From the NCBI RefSeq assembly GCF_009914755.1, contig NC_060934.1: 64,000 nt of DNA; one strand, given 5' to 3'. Of this stretch, positions 1 through 14,229 are shown piece after piece; the first letter of the stretch is position 1; every line of letters begins with the position of its first letter. A model generated the notes under the pieces. It saw only the letters and a list, made by a program, of their open reading frames with translations, had not been told where the DNA came from and did no database searches. Made by a program: the position numbers and the translations under genes. Source of the stretch: the human T2T-CHM13v2.0 reference genome, Homo sapiens.

Positions 1-3000
1 CCTTAGCTCCTGGGTGAAATTTATAAACACACCCTGGGCCAGAAGGAAACCCACTGCCTTACAGGGAAGGACCCCATCATGGCAGCGTGGCAGCGTTTAT
101 CACCTGTCAACTGAAGAGCCCTTGGGCCCTGAATAACCAGCAGCGATACCTAGGTACTACGCTGAGGGCCTTGGGTCAACCTCTGAGATTTGCTAGTTTC
201 AGGTGAGACTTGGCACATTACCACCTGTGGTGGCTACAGGGCAAAATTCTTTCTGCTTGAGAAAAGCAAAGGGAAAAGTAAAGAGGACTTTGTCTTGTAC
301 TTTAGGTACTACCATAGCCACAGGGGTTAGAGCACCAAGCAGGCACTTAGGGTCCCTAGTTCCAGGACTTGACTCTTGGACAGCATTTCTGAAGCTGTGA
401 TGGGCCACAGGGGAGCCCACTGCCCTGAAGGATGAGTCCCAAGAAGAGCCCTTAGACCTTAAGGGAACATCACAGATAGTCCAGCAAGACTTCCTGTGGC
501 CTGTGGTGGTGGTGGTGGTGGCTACGAGATGAGGCTCTTCTCCTTTTGGAAAGGGGAGAGGAGAGTGAGAAGAACAGTGTCTTGTGGTTTCAGTGCCAGC
601 TTAGCCACAGTACAATAGAACATGAGGTAGACATCTAAGGATTTGATTCTAGTCCCTGACTCCCCGACAGCAACTCTTGACCAACCTAGGGCCTGGGGAA
701 CTTGCTACTCTGAAGGGAAGGACATAGGCCTGACTGGCTTTTCCATCTGCTGATTGTACAGTTCCAGGGCGTTGAGCAAACATAGGCGATAGCCAGAGAC
801 TCGTTAACTCGTTACAGCAGGTCTTGGGTGAGACCCAGTGTTGTGGTGGCTTCAGGTTTAATCCAGTGCAGTCCTACTAGTGGTGGCCAGAGGGCTGCTT
901 GTGTCACTCCACCCCCAGCTTTAGGTGTCTTAGAACAGAGAGAAACTCAAATTTGTTAGGGCGAATGTAACGGAAAAGAACAAGAGTCTCCGCCTGGTAA
1001 TCCAAAGTATTCACTGAGACCTTGTCCAAGACCATCAAGGTAGTACCTCTGCAAGTCTACAAGAACCAAAGCAATATTGGGCTTGAGATGTCCCACAAAG
1101 GAGATATAGTTTAGATCACAACACCCAAGTTCTTTCAAATATCTGCAAAACCTTCCCAAGAAGGATGGGTACAAACAAGCCCAGATAGTGAAGACTACAA
1201 TAAGTAGTGATTTTTTTAATACCCAGACACCAAAGAATATCTACTAGCATCAACACCATCCAGGAAAATATTATCTCACCAAATTAAATAAGCCACCAGG
1301 GACCAGACCAATTCTGGAGAAACAGAGATATGTGGCCTTTCAGACAGATAATTCAAAAGTGCTGTGTTGAGGAAAATCTAGGAAATTCAAAATAATACAA
1401 AGAAGGAATTCAGAATTCTGTCAGATAAATTTAACAAACAGATTGCATTAATTATAAAGAATCAAGCACAAATTCTGGAGCTGAAAAATGCAATTTGCAT
1501 ACAGAATAATGCATTAGAGTCCTTTAATAGCAGAATGGATCAAGGAGAAGAAAGAATTAGTGAGCTTGAATACAGGTTGTTTGAAAATACACAATAAGAG
1601 GAGACAAAAAAAAAGACAAAAAAACAATGAAGCACACATGCAGAAGCTAGAAAATAGCCTGAAGGGGCAAATCTAAGAGTTATTGACCTTAAAGAGGAGG
1701 TAGAGAAACAGATAGGGATATTAAACTTCATTCAAAGAGACAATAACAGAGAACTTCCCAAACCTAAAGAACGATGTCAATATCAAAGTACTAGAAGGAT
1801 ATAGAATACCAAGCAGATTTAACCCAAATAAGACCACCTCAAGACATTTAATAATCCAACTCCAAAATATGAAGGATAAAGAAAAAGAATCCTAAAAGCA
1901 AAAAGTGAAAAGAAAAGAATCCTAAAAGCAGCAAGTGAAAAGAAACAAATGGAGCTCTGCTATGTCTACCAGCAGAGTTTTCAGTTGAAACCTTACAGGC
2001 CAGGAGAGAGTGGCATGACATATTTAAAGTGCTGAATGAAAAAAAAAAAAAACTTGTATCCTACAATAGTATATCTAACAAAAATGTCCTTCAAAAATAA
2101 AGGAGAAATGAAGACTTTACCAGACAAACAAAAGCTTAGGGATTTCATCCACACCAGACCTGTCTTATAAGAAATGCTAAAGAGAGTACTTTAATCAGAA
2201 TGAAAAGGATATTAATGAGCAATAAGTAATCACCTGAAGGTGCAAAACTCACTGGTAATAATAAATAAACAGAAAAAAACACATGATACATGATACTATA
2301 ACACTGTAACTGTAGTGTATAACCAACTCTTATTTTATGTAGAAAGACTAAATGATGAAACAAAAATAATAATTACAACTTTTCAAGAGATATGCAGTAC
2401 AATAAGACATAAGTATAAACAACAAAAGTTAAAAAGTGGGGGATAAAGCTAAGGCATCTGGTTTTTGATTAGTTGTCTTTTTGCTTGTTTGTTTATGCAA
2501 ACACTGTTATGTTATTATCAGGTTAAAATAATGGGTTATAAGATAGTATTTGCAAGCCTCATGACAACCTCAAACCAAAAAACACACAATGGATACACAA
2601 ATAATAAAAAGCAATAAACTAAGTCACATTACCAGAGAAAATCACTGTCTCTAAAGGCAGACAGGAAGAAAAGGAAGAAGAAAGAGAAGAACATAAAACA
2701 ACCAGAAAAAAAATAACAAAATGGCAGGAGTAAGTCCTTACTTAGCAATAATAACATTGAATGTAAATGTACTAAACTGTCTGATTGAAAGACACAGAGT
2801 AACTGAATGAATGAAATAACAAGACCCATTGGTCTATTGCCTACAAGAAACATACTTCACCTGTAAAGACACATATAGACTGAAAATTAAGAGATGGGAA
2901 AAGATTTTCCATACCAATGGGAAAAAAAAAGACAAACGGTAGCTTTACTTATATCAGACAAAATATATTTGCAGACCAAAACTATAAGAAGAGATTTTAA

Positions 3001-6000
3001 AAGGTCACTATATAATGATAAAATGGTCAATTCAGCAAGAGGATATAACATTTTTAAATATATATGTGCCTAATACTGGAGACTCGGACATATAAAGCAA
3101 ATATTATTATAGCTAAAGAGAGAGATAGGCCCCAATACAATAACTGGAGACCTCAGCACCACACTTTTAGCATTGGACAGATCTTCCAGACATAAAATCA
3201 CCATGAAAATATTGAACATAATCTGTTCTATGGACCAAATAAATTCAATAGATAGCTAAGGAACATTGCATCTAAGAGCCACAGAATACACATTCTTTTC
3301 CTCAGCACATGGATCGTTCTTAAAGATAGGTTATATGTTAGGTCACAAAGCAAGTCTTAAAACATTCAAAAAATTGAAATAATATCAAGCATCTTCTCTG
3401 ACTAAAATAGAATAAAATTTGAAACCAATAACAAGAGGAAGTTTACATAAATACATGGAAATAAAACTCCTGAATGACCAGTGGGTCAATGATGACATTA
3501 GGAAGGAAATGGAAAAACTTCTCGAAACAAATGACAATGAAAACACAGCATACCAAAACCGATGGGATACAGTAAAACAGCGTTAAGAGGGAAGTTTGTA
3601 GCTATAAGTGCCCACATCAAAAAACAGAAAAATTTCAAATAAACAATCCGATGATGCATCGTAAAGAACCAGAAAAGCAAGAGCAATAAACCTGAATTAG
3701 TAAAAGAAAAGAAATAATAAAGATCAGAGTGGAAGTAAATTAAACTGAAAGGAAGAAAGCAATATAAAAGATCAATGAAACAAAAAGTTGATTTACTGAA
3801 TTAACAAAATTTACAAACCTTTAGCCAGACTAAGAAAAAAAGAGAGAAGATCTAAATTTAAAAAATCAGAAATGAAAAAGGACACCTTACAACTGCTACT
3901 GCAGAAATTCAAATTATCATTAGTGGCTACTATGAGCAACTATATGCTAAGAAATTGGAAAATCTAGAAAAACTGTACAAGTTTCTAGACATATACAACA
4001 CATACAACCCATCAAATAAAGTGAACAGTCTGAAAAAGAAATAAAAATGTTGTCCTATTTACAATAGCGACAAATAAAAACAAATGCCTGAAAAAACAAA
4101 TAAGTGTTGAGATTCAGAATGTAATAAAAAGTCTCCAAGTAAAGAAAAGCCCAAGATGTGATGGCTTTACTGCTGAATTCTACCAAACATTGACAGAAGA
4201 GCTACTCAATTCTACTCAAACTATTCTGAAACATAGAGGAGGAGGGAATACTTCCAAGCTCATTCTACAAGGCCAGTATTACCCTGATACCAAAACCAAA
4301 GACACAATGAAGAAAAACTATGGGCAATGTATTTGATAAATATTGATGCAAAAATCCCCAACAAAATACTAGCAAACTAAATTCATCAATATATTAGAAA
4401 AATCATTCATTATGACCAAGAGGGATGTATCTCCAGGATGTAAGGAAGGTTATTATTTCAGTTGATGCTGAAAAAGCACTTGATAAAGTTCAACATCCTT
4501 TTATGATAAAAAGAAAACCTCAAAAAATTGGGAATAGAAGAAACATAACATAATAAAAGCCATATACAACAGACTCACAGCTAGTAACATACTGAATGGG
4601 GAAAAAACTGAAAGCCTTTCCTTTCAAATCTAAAACACAACAAGGATGACCACCTTCACCACTGTTATTCAACATAGTACTGTAATTCTTAGCTAGAGCA
4701 ATCAGATAAGAGAAAAAAATAAAGGGCATCCAAATTGTAGTGAAAGTAGTCAAACCATCCTTGTTTGCAGATGATATGATCTTATATTTGAAAAAATCTA
4801 AAGACTCCACAAGAAAACTATTAAAACTGACAAACAAATTTAGTAAAGTTTCAGAATATAAAATCCTTACACAAAAATTAGTAGCACTTTTATATGCCAA
4901 AGTGAACAATCTGAAGAAGAAATAAAAATTTTGTCCTATTTACAATAGTGACAAATAAAAATAAATGCCTAGGAATTAACCAAAGAAGTAAAAGAGCTCT
5001 ACAATGAGAACTATAAAAGACTCATGAAAGAAATTAAAGAGAACATTGAAAAATTTAAAAAATTCCATGTTTATAAAGTCAAATAATCAATAATGTTAAA
5101 ATGTTCATACTACCCAAAGCAATCTATAGATTTAATGCAATCCCTATCAAAATACCCATAACATTCTTCATAGAAATTGAAAAAATAATCCACAAATTAA
5201 TATGAAACAACAAGAGACCCAAAATAGACAAAGCTAATCTAGGCCAAAAGAATAAAACTAGAGGAATCACATTACCTGACATCAAAGTATACTACAGAGC
5301 TATAGTAACCAAAATAACATGATCTTGACATAAAAGCAGACAAATACACCAGTGGAACAGAATAGAGAACCTAAAAACAAATTCACACACCTACAGCGAA
5401 CTCATATTTAACAAAGGTGCCAAGAACATACACTGGGAAAACAACAACAACAACAACAAAAAGAAATAGTCTCTTTAATACATAGTGCTGGGAAAACTGG
5501 ATATCCATATGCAGAAGAATGAAACTAGACCCGTCTCTCACCATATACAAAAATCAAATCAAAATGGATCGAAGACTTAAATCTAAGATCTCAAACTATA
5601 AAACTGCTAAAAGAAAACATTGGGGAAATTTTCCAGGACATTGGTCTGGGCAAAAATTTCTTGAGCAATAACCCACAAACACAGGCAACCAAAGCAAAAA
5701 TGGACAAACAGGATCACATCAAGTTAAAAAGCTTCTGCACAGCAAAGGAAACAATCAACTAAGTTAAGAGACTACCAACAGAATGGGAGAAAATATTTGC
5801 AGACTTCTCATCTCACAGGGAATTAATAATCAGAATATGAAAAGAACTCAAACAACTCTAGAAAAAAATCTAATAATTCAATTAAAAATGAGCCAAAAAT
5901 TTGAGGAGACATTTCTCAAAAAAAAAGACATACAAATAGCAAACAGGCATATGAAATGGTTCTCAACATCATTGATAATCAGAAAAATACAACTCAAAAC

Positions 6001-6908
6001 TACAATGAAATATTATCTCACTCCAGTTTAAATGGCTTATATCCAAAGACAGGCAATAACAACTGCTGGTGAAGGTGTGAAGAAAAGGAAACCCTCATAC
6101 GCTATTAGTGGGAATGTAAATTAGTACAACCACTATGGAGAACAGTTTGGAGGTGGCTCAAATAACTAAAAATAGAGCTACCATATGATCCAGCAATCCC
6201 ACTGCTGGGTATTTACCCTAAAGAAAGGAAATCAGTTTATCAAAGAAATATCTGCACTCCTATGTTTGTTGCAGCACTGTTTACAATAGCCAACATTTGG
6301 AAGCAACCTAAATGTCCATCAATATATGAATGGATAAAGAAAATGTGGTACTTATACACAATGTAGTACCACTCAGCCATAAAAAAAGAATGAGATACAG
6401 TCATCTGCAACAACATGGATATAACTGGAGATCATTATGTTAAGTGAAATAAGCCAGGTGCAGAAGAACAGACATTCCATGTTCTCACTTATCTGTGGGA
6501 TCTAAAAATCAATACAATTAAACTCTTGGACATAGGGAATGGAAGGATGGTAACCAGAGGTTGTGAAGGGTAGCTGGGGGTTTAAGCATAGACAGGGATG
6601 GTTAAAGGGTACACAACAAAATACTTAGAAAGATGAATAAGACCTACTATTTTAGCACAACAATTATTCATCTTTATTTATTTAAAAATGTACAATTATT
6701 ATTGATTATAAGAACTAAAAATAACTAAAAGAGTGCAATTGGATTGTTGCAACACAAAAGATAGACACTTGAGGAAATGAATCCCCCATTTTCCGTGATG
6801 TGATTGTTTCACATTTCATGCCTATATCAAAACATTTTACATACCTTATAGATATATACACTTACTATGTACCCACTAAAGCTAAAAATTCAAAATTAAA
6901 AAAAAAGA
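1..6908 (+). mobile_element. Near-full-length old LINE-1 (L1MA1-3-like); the 5' end lies outside the window
   Basis: GC-richer 5'UTR 1-~1200, ORF1 remnant ~1220-2210, ORF2 starting ATGGCAGGAGTAAGTCC at 2721, RT motif [10 protein letters not shown] (ORF 4740-4925), ORF2 end ~6505, L1MA-type 3'UTR (ccagaggttgtgaagggtag...tactatgtacccac) and A-tail ~6885-6908. Confidence 0.92.
2721..6505 (+). pseudogene. Degenerate L1 ORF2 (endonuclease/reverse transcriptase)
   Basis: Only short open fragments remain (4740-4925, 5783-6031); many stops, frameshifts and internal deletions. Confidence 0.9.
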
Positions 6909-6914
6909 AAACAC

Positions 6915-7055
6915 AGCTCGGGAGGCTGAGGCAGGAGAATGGCGTGAACCCAGGAGGCGGAGCTTGCAGTGAGCCAAGATTGTGCCACTGCACTCCTGCC
7001 TGGGCGACAGAGCAAAACTCCATCTCAAAAAAAAAAAACAAAAACAAAAACAAAA
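6915..7055 (+). mobile_element. 5'-truncated Alu (right arm, AluY-like)
   Basis: ggaggctgaggcaggagaatggcgtgaacccaggaggcggagcttgcagtgagcc followed by an A/(aaaaac)n tail. Confidence 0.93.
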
Positions 7056-7693
7056 AAAACACTAATGAAAGATATCATAGATGTCATGAACAAATTTAAA
7101 AACATCCCATGCTCGTGAATTGGAACAATCAATATCAGCAAAATGATCATACTTCTCAAAGTAATCTATAGACACAATGTAACTTCTATAAAAATAGCAA
7201 CATCATTTTTCACATAATTAGAAAAAAACAACCCTAAAATTTATATGGAACCAAAAAAGGAACCAAATGGCCAAAGCAATCCTAAGCAAAAAGAACAAAT
7301 CTGGAGACATACATTATCCTACTTCAAATTATACTACAAGGTTATAGTAACCAAATCAGCATGGTACTAATATAAAAGCAGAAACATAGACCAATAGAAA
7401 AAAATAGAGAAGCTAGAAATAAAGCCAAATACCTACAACCAGCTGATCTTTGACAAGCAGGTGAAAACGTACGCTAGAGTAAGGACCCCCTATTCAATAA
7501 ACGCTGCTGGGAAAATCTGATAGTCATATGCAGAAGAATGAAACTTGATCCCTGTCTCTCACCATATTCAATAATCAGCTCAAAGTGGATTGAAGACTTA
7601 AATCTAAGACTTGAAACTACAAAAATTACAGAAGAAAATCTAGGAAAAACATTTTTGGACATCAGCCAAGGCAAATACTTTATTACTAGACCC
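7056..7693 (+). mobile_element. L1 ORF2 fragment (L1PB-like)
   Basis: ORF 7538-7732 begins [20 protein letters not shown]; ends abruptly at an opposite-strand L1. Confidence 0.85.
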
Positions 7694-10129
7694 CATATTT
7701 TATTAATCCATCCATTATTGATGGCCATTTGAGTTGTTTCTGCCTTTTTGATATTATAAATAATGCTGTTGTAAAAATTCTAGTACAATTTCTGTTTGAG
7801 CATGTTTTGATTTCTCTCTGATGTATGCTTAGGAGCAGAATTACTGAGCCATATTGTATGAAGAGGGTTCTTATTTCTCCATATTTTTTGCAATGTTTGT
7901 TATTGTCTGGCTTATTGATCCTAGTGAAGGTGAAGTGATAGCTCATCATGCTTTGATTTGTATTTCTCTGATGACAAATGATGTCAAACATCTTTTAATG
8001 TGCTTGTTGGCCATTTGTATCCCTTTCTTGAAATAAATGTCTATTCAGATCCTTTGCTCACTTACAATTGGGTTATCTGTCTTCGTATTATTCAATTGTA
8101 AGTGTACTTTACATATTCTGAATACAAGTTTCTTGATGAATACATGTTTTGTAAATGCTTTTTCCCATTCTGTGGTTTGTTTTTTCACTTTTTCATGGTG
8201 TCCTTTGAAGCACAAATGAGTTTAATTTTGCTGAAGTCTAATTAAACATTTTTTGCATGTGATTTAGTGTCATATATAAGAATATTTGCCAAATATAAAG
8301 TCATGAATGTTTATCCCTATGTTTTCTTCTAAACATTAAATGGTTTTCACTGATACATATAGGTCCTTGTTGCATTTTAGGCTAATATTTGTAAAGGGTG
8401 TGAGGTAAGGATCCAACTTAATTCTTTTGCATATGGCCATGCAGTTGCCCTAGTGTCCTTTGTGGAAAAAAATTCCCACCCCACCCTGCATTGACAAAAA
8501 GATAAGTTGATCATAGAAACATGAGTTTATTCCCAGACTCTCCATTTTATTTTACTAAACTATATGTTTGTTTTTGTGTCAGTATCACACTATTTTACTT
8601 GCTTTTTCTTTGTAAGAAGTTTGGGGAGTACGCCATCTTAATAATATTAAATCTGATCCATAAACATGGGATAATTTTCCATTTATTTCAGTCTTATTTA
8701 TTCGGTCTTAGAACTGTGCTGTAGTGTTCGAAACATAGGTTTGCGCTTCTTTTATTAAATTTAATTCCATGTATTTTATTCTTTCAAATGTTATTGTAAA
8801 TGGGCTTGTTTTCTTAATTTCAATTTAGATTGTTCATTGCAAGTGTATATAAATACAATAAATTTTTGTACATTGTTCTTGTTATCTTACAAACTTGATG
8901 AACTTTTTGGTTAGACCTAACAGTTTTGTAGCAGAACTTCAAGGGTTTTCTATATACAAGATCATGTCATCTGTGAATCGAGATAATTGCAGCTTTTTTT
9001 TTATAATTTATTTATAATAAAATGTCTTTTACAATAAAATGTCTTTTATAAAAGACACTTTATTGTGTGATATTTTATTCTTGTAATATTTCTCTCTGGT
9101 TTTGGTAACAGGGCAATACTGGATTCTTAACATGGTTGAAAGGTAGAAAATTTCAACCAATTGAAATGTGTTTTCTTCTATTCTATGTTTTTAGCAGAGT
9201 TTATGAAGAATTGGCATTAATTGTTTAAAGGTTTGGTAAAATTCAATAGTGAAGCCATCTTTGCAGGCTTTTCTTTGCATGTGTTGTGTGTGTGTTGGGG
9301 GAGGTGTGTGTATGTGTTTTGGGTTACTAATTTAATCTCTTCATTTGTTAAAGTTTGTTCAGCTTTTTTCTTTTTTAGTCAGTTATGATAGTTTAGGTCA
9401 TTTTAGGATTTTGTCAATTTTCTCTACCATCTAATTTATTGACATAAAATTGTTCATAGTTTTAGCTTATGAATCTTTTTATTTTTGTAAGATCAGTAGT
9501 AATGACACTTCTTTCATTCCCCATTCTAATAATTTCAATCTTTACTCTTTTTTCTTGGTCAGTCTAAATAAAGGTTTGTCAATTTTGTTGAGCCTTTCAA
9601 AAAACAGCTTTCAGTTCTATTGATTTTCTCTATTTTTGTATTCTCTATTTGATTTATCTTCACTCTAAATTTATTATTTCCTATCTTCTGCTTGCTTTAA
9701 GTTTTGTTTACTCTTTTTTTTCTGCTGTTATAAAGCTCTACATTTTCCTCTATTGCTTTACCTGCATCCTGTAATTTTTGGTATGGTCTCTCTTCATATT
9801 TATTAATCTCAAAGTATTTCTGATTTGCCTTTTATTTCTTCTTTGGCTCATTGACTATTTAGAGGTGTGTTATTTAATTTAAAAATCTGTGGATTTCCCA
9901 GATATTTTCATGTTATCAATTTCTAGTGCTATTTTATTGTAGTTAGAGAATACACTGTATTTTTTCTATCATTTCCAATTTATTGAAGCCTTCTTAACAT
10001 TCCATGTGCATTTAAGAAAAAAATGCATATTTTGGTGTTGTTTAATAAAGTTTTCTGTAGATATCCGTAAGGTCTAGTTGGTTTATAGGGTTGTGCTAAC
10101 CTTCTATTTCTGTGTTAAACATCTGTTGA

Positions 10130-10443
<314 letters not shown>

Positions 10444-10447
10444 TGAA

Positions 10448-10745
10448 CTTTTTTTTTTTTTTTCAGACAGAGTTTCTCTCTTGTTGCACAGGCTGGAGTT
10501 GCACAGGCGCAATCTCAGCTCATTGCATCCTCTGCCTCGCGGGTTCAAGCGATTCTCCTGCTTCAGCTTCCGAGTAGCTGGGATTACAGGCATGTGCCAC
10601 CACACCCGGCTAATTTTGTATTTTTAGTAGAGATGGGGTTTCTCCATGTTGGTCAGGCTGGTCTGGAACTCCAGACCTCAGGTGATCCACCCGCCTCAGC
10701 CTCCCAAAGCTCTGGGATTACAGGTGTGAGCCACCACGCCCGGCC
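10448..10745 (-). mobile_element. Full-length AluS (Sp/Sq-like)
   Basis: Both arms present; TSD gaatt(g/c)aacttttt at ~10440 and ~10746. Confidence 0.95.
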
Positions 10746-13700
10746 GAATTCAACTTTTTATCATTATAAAATGTATCTTTAATCCCTAATAACTTTAAAA
10801 AATTTTAAAGTCTATTTTCTCTGATTACCAGTACAGCTACTATAGTTTTCTTGTGATTGATTTTTGCATGATGTATTTTTTTATTATTTTCCTTTCAATC
10901 TATTTGTATCTTTGAGTATAAAGCATGTCTCTTATGAACAGAATACAGTGAGATCATGTTTTTTAATCCATTCTGACAATCTCTGCCTTTATTGATATAG
11001 TGGGATTCACATGTGCCATTTTGCTTTTTCTTTTCTGTCTTTTTTGTTCCTTTATTCCTCTTCTACTGTTCTTTTTACATTAAATAAATACCTTCTAATG
11101 AAACCTATTAATTTTTTAAATAATTATTCAGCTTATATGTTGAGTTCATTTTTAGTTGTTGGTCTAGGATTTAATATATACAGCTTAACCTATCAGAATC
11201 AGCTTCAGGTTTATACTAGCTTAATTTCAATAATATATGGAAGCATTACTCCTTTATGTTATTATTCCTTACCTCTGCTCTTTCAGTGGTATTATTATTA
11301 TTATACATATTATATTCACTGTTACAAACCCAATTATATACATTGCTATAATTTTACTTTGCCATCTGTATTTATTTCTTTATCCCGTTGCAGCTTTGCT
11401 CCCACATCACTCTGTGCTATTTTTGGCAAATATATTACATATACATTACATTTCTACATATTATATTTCCAAATATACATTATATACATATTATTTTGTT
11501 ACTTTTTAAATAAGTTAGAAGAATGGAGAAAATGTTTGCATTTATATTGTCTTTTATAATTATATAATTACCTCCACCGGTGCTAGTCGCAAATTCTCTT
11601 TATTTGTTTGTCTGGGAAAGTCTTTATTTTTCCTTCAATTTTTAAAGAAAACTTTGCTGGATAAGACTTCTCTTAGTTGACAAGGTTTTCTTTGAGCATT
11701 TTCAATATGTTATCCCATAACCTCTTGCCCCTATTACTTTTGCTAATATATTAGCTATAAATCTTTTTGTTATTCTCTCATATGTAATGAATATTTTTAT
11801 CTTGTTTCTTTCAATGATTCTTTCCTTATGTTTGACTTTTAACATTTACTATGATGTGTCTGTTAGTGAATTTATTTGCATTTATTCTTCTTGTAGTTTT
11901 TTGAGCTTCCTGGATATGTAGGTTATTATTTTTTAATAAATTTGGTAAGTTTTTCATCGTTAAAAAAATTATATATGTGTTACTCCTTTCTCTCGTTTCC
12001 CTCTAGAGGGCCTATCATGTGTATGCTGGTGTGCTTAGTGGTCTCCCACATTTCTCTAAGGCACCCTTCATTTTTCTTCATTTTTTTTGTCTCTGTTATT
12101 CTGCTTACATAATCTGTATCATATACCTTTATGCTTGCTTATTTCTTCTACTAGTTAAAATCTGAGCCCCTCAAGTGAGATTATTATTTCAGCTACTGTG
12201 CTTTTCAACTTCTGAATTTCCATTTCAGTATTTTTTTATAGTTTCTCTTTATTGACATTTTCTATTTGGTACAACATTGTCATCATATGTTACTTTACTT
12301 TTTAAATCATGGTTTTCTTTAGACCTGTGAACCTGTTTAGTCTTTTGCTGATAATATCAACATCTGGTAGCTCTTGAAGGCAATTTGTTACCTGCTTTTC
12401 TCCGCTTTATGGGTCAGGTTTCCTCCCTCCTATAGTACTAAGCCCTCTACATTGCTGCTCAAGGAAGCACATCTTCAGATATATTCACAGTTACCCTGAA
12501 ATAGAGTCATTTTGGTAGGGCTCTATTCCTCTTTTTCCCCGACCACACCTAGTTGTGAAACTCCAACCAATTGTCAGATCATTCCTACTGTTGTTTTTGA
12601 CACTGCCCTGGAACATAAATCCCTCTGCAAACTAATCCCATCAAATTCAGGTACATTTGAAGGAATATGTTCTGAGGTCAATGGTTGGTATTTTTTCTGA
12701 CCTCAGAAAGATTCCTCCCAGTCATATGATTCTCCAGTATTCTCTTGAAAACTAGCCAGTCCACAGTTTAGCCTGTATCTTGACTCTCACCTTTTTCTAC
12801 AACCTCTATGGGATATATTGTGGTGAATAAAGGAACATTGTCTTTTCACCAAAGAACTTCTCTTGGAGAGGGCCCTTTTCTACACTCAATTGCAAATGAA
12901 GTCAGTTATTGAGAAAGAGATTAGGAACTATCTGTTTTAAGGTCCTATTCTCTCCCCACCTCCATATCAAAGTTTCTGGCCAAAGCTCTAAAGTTAGTTA
13001 GGGACAATGGCCAACTTTTCTCTGATGTCCCTACTCTAGGACCTGAGGGTTTGGGCAGGAATGGGGTGGAGCTGCCTGAGGTCTTCTTGGCTTGCTTCTG
13101 ATAGCATGGAACCATCACCTCTCATACTATATCAAGAGTGATCAGGGCTCCTACGTCTCAGCATCCTGCATTCAAGATGCAGACTCCATTTCACAAGACA
13201 AGGAGCTGGTGGAAGAAGGGAGCCCCCATGTCTTAACTGCACTCACTCAGATTTAGCCTCAGAAACAGATAACTGGGAGAAAGATGAAAAATGCTGACAT
13301 TCTGCTCCTCCTAAGAAGAAAGTCTGATTGGCAGCTAGGGACAGAGTGTTCTGTGTTCTTGGCTACAGTTTCTGGAGTGTAATCTCCATCTCACTGAGCT
13401 GGGAGGAAGGAAAGAGTCTTGTTTCAATTACTACAGATTTTCACTTTTCTTACTGAACTTTAAAAAATTTTCTTTAATATATGATTCTTCATTTGCTGTT
13501 TGTTCCTGCATCATGTCCAAAGGCTTTACATTGCTGTTTAAAAAACAATTTTCTGCTAGCTTTTTCTAGGGAGTGCGTCAGCAGAAATCCTGATACTGTC
13601 TTGAGAAGTCAATTCCACAAGTACATTTTAATATAATGTCCTGTGGCCCCAGGTTTCTCATGCAAATTAAAGACACAATAATATATTCTTTCATATACTG

Positions 13701-14229
13701 GAGAAAAGACCCATACACTTATCTTTAGAGTGATAATCTCTATTCTATTTTTAAAGCAATCAGGCTGTAAGGTATTCAAATCAGAAAATAGAGAGTCTTA
13801 CCATTTATTAACATTATATCCATTCCTCCTATCTACATGAATATTCAAGTACTTAGAGTCCACCTCAACTACATAGGTAATTTTACTAGTCTTCAAATGT
13901 CTTCTATTTCCTGAAATTTCTTTATGTTTTGGTAATGGTATTATTTTGTAAGCCCAAATAAGTTTATACCACTTCTCTTTAAAATCCTTCAGTAGTTATC
14001 CTCTGTCAACAGAAAAAGTATTGCAAGCTCTTTGGTTTGTCATTCAAGAATCTTTATGATAAACCCCACCCCAGCCTTATCTTCTCTTGCTTCTACTTTG
14101 ACACTCTAAATTTAAGACATGCCAAATTGCATACAATCTCTAGAACATGGAATAATTTTTATTTTTTCAAGACATTGAATATAAGATCCTCTTTTCCCCC
14201 TAAAATATTCTTCCTATTTCTGTCTCATA

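Noticed and set aside
1-760. Roughly 290-360 bp periodic similarity (cccactgcc..gaagg; gtcttg..agccacag) as a novel array
   Set aside because: The same motifs recur in the 30.4-31.4 kb copy, so they are intrinsic to this L1 family's 5'UTR.
11011-11559. 182-aa hydrophobic ORF as a membrane protein
   Set aside because: It is the T-rich antisense strand of an old L1 region; the F/L/Y/I bias is compositional.
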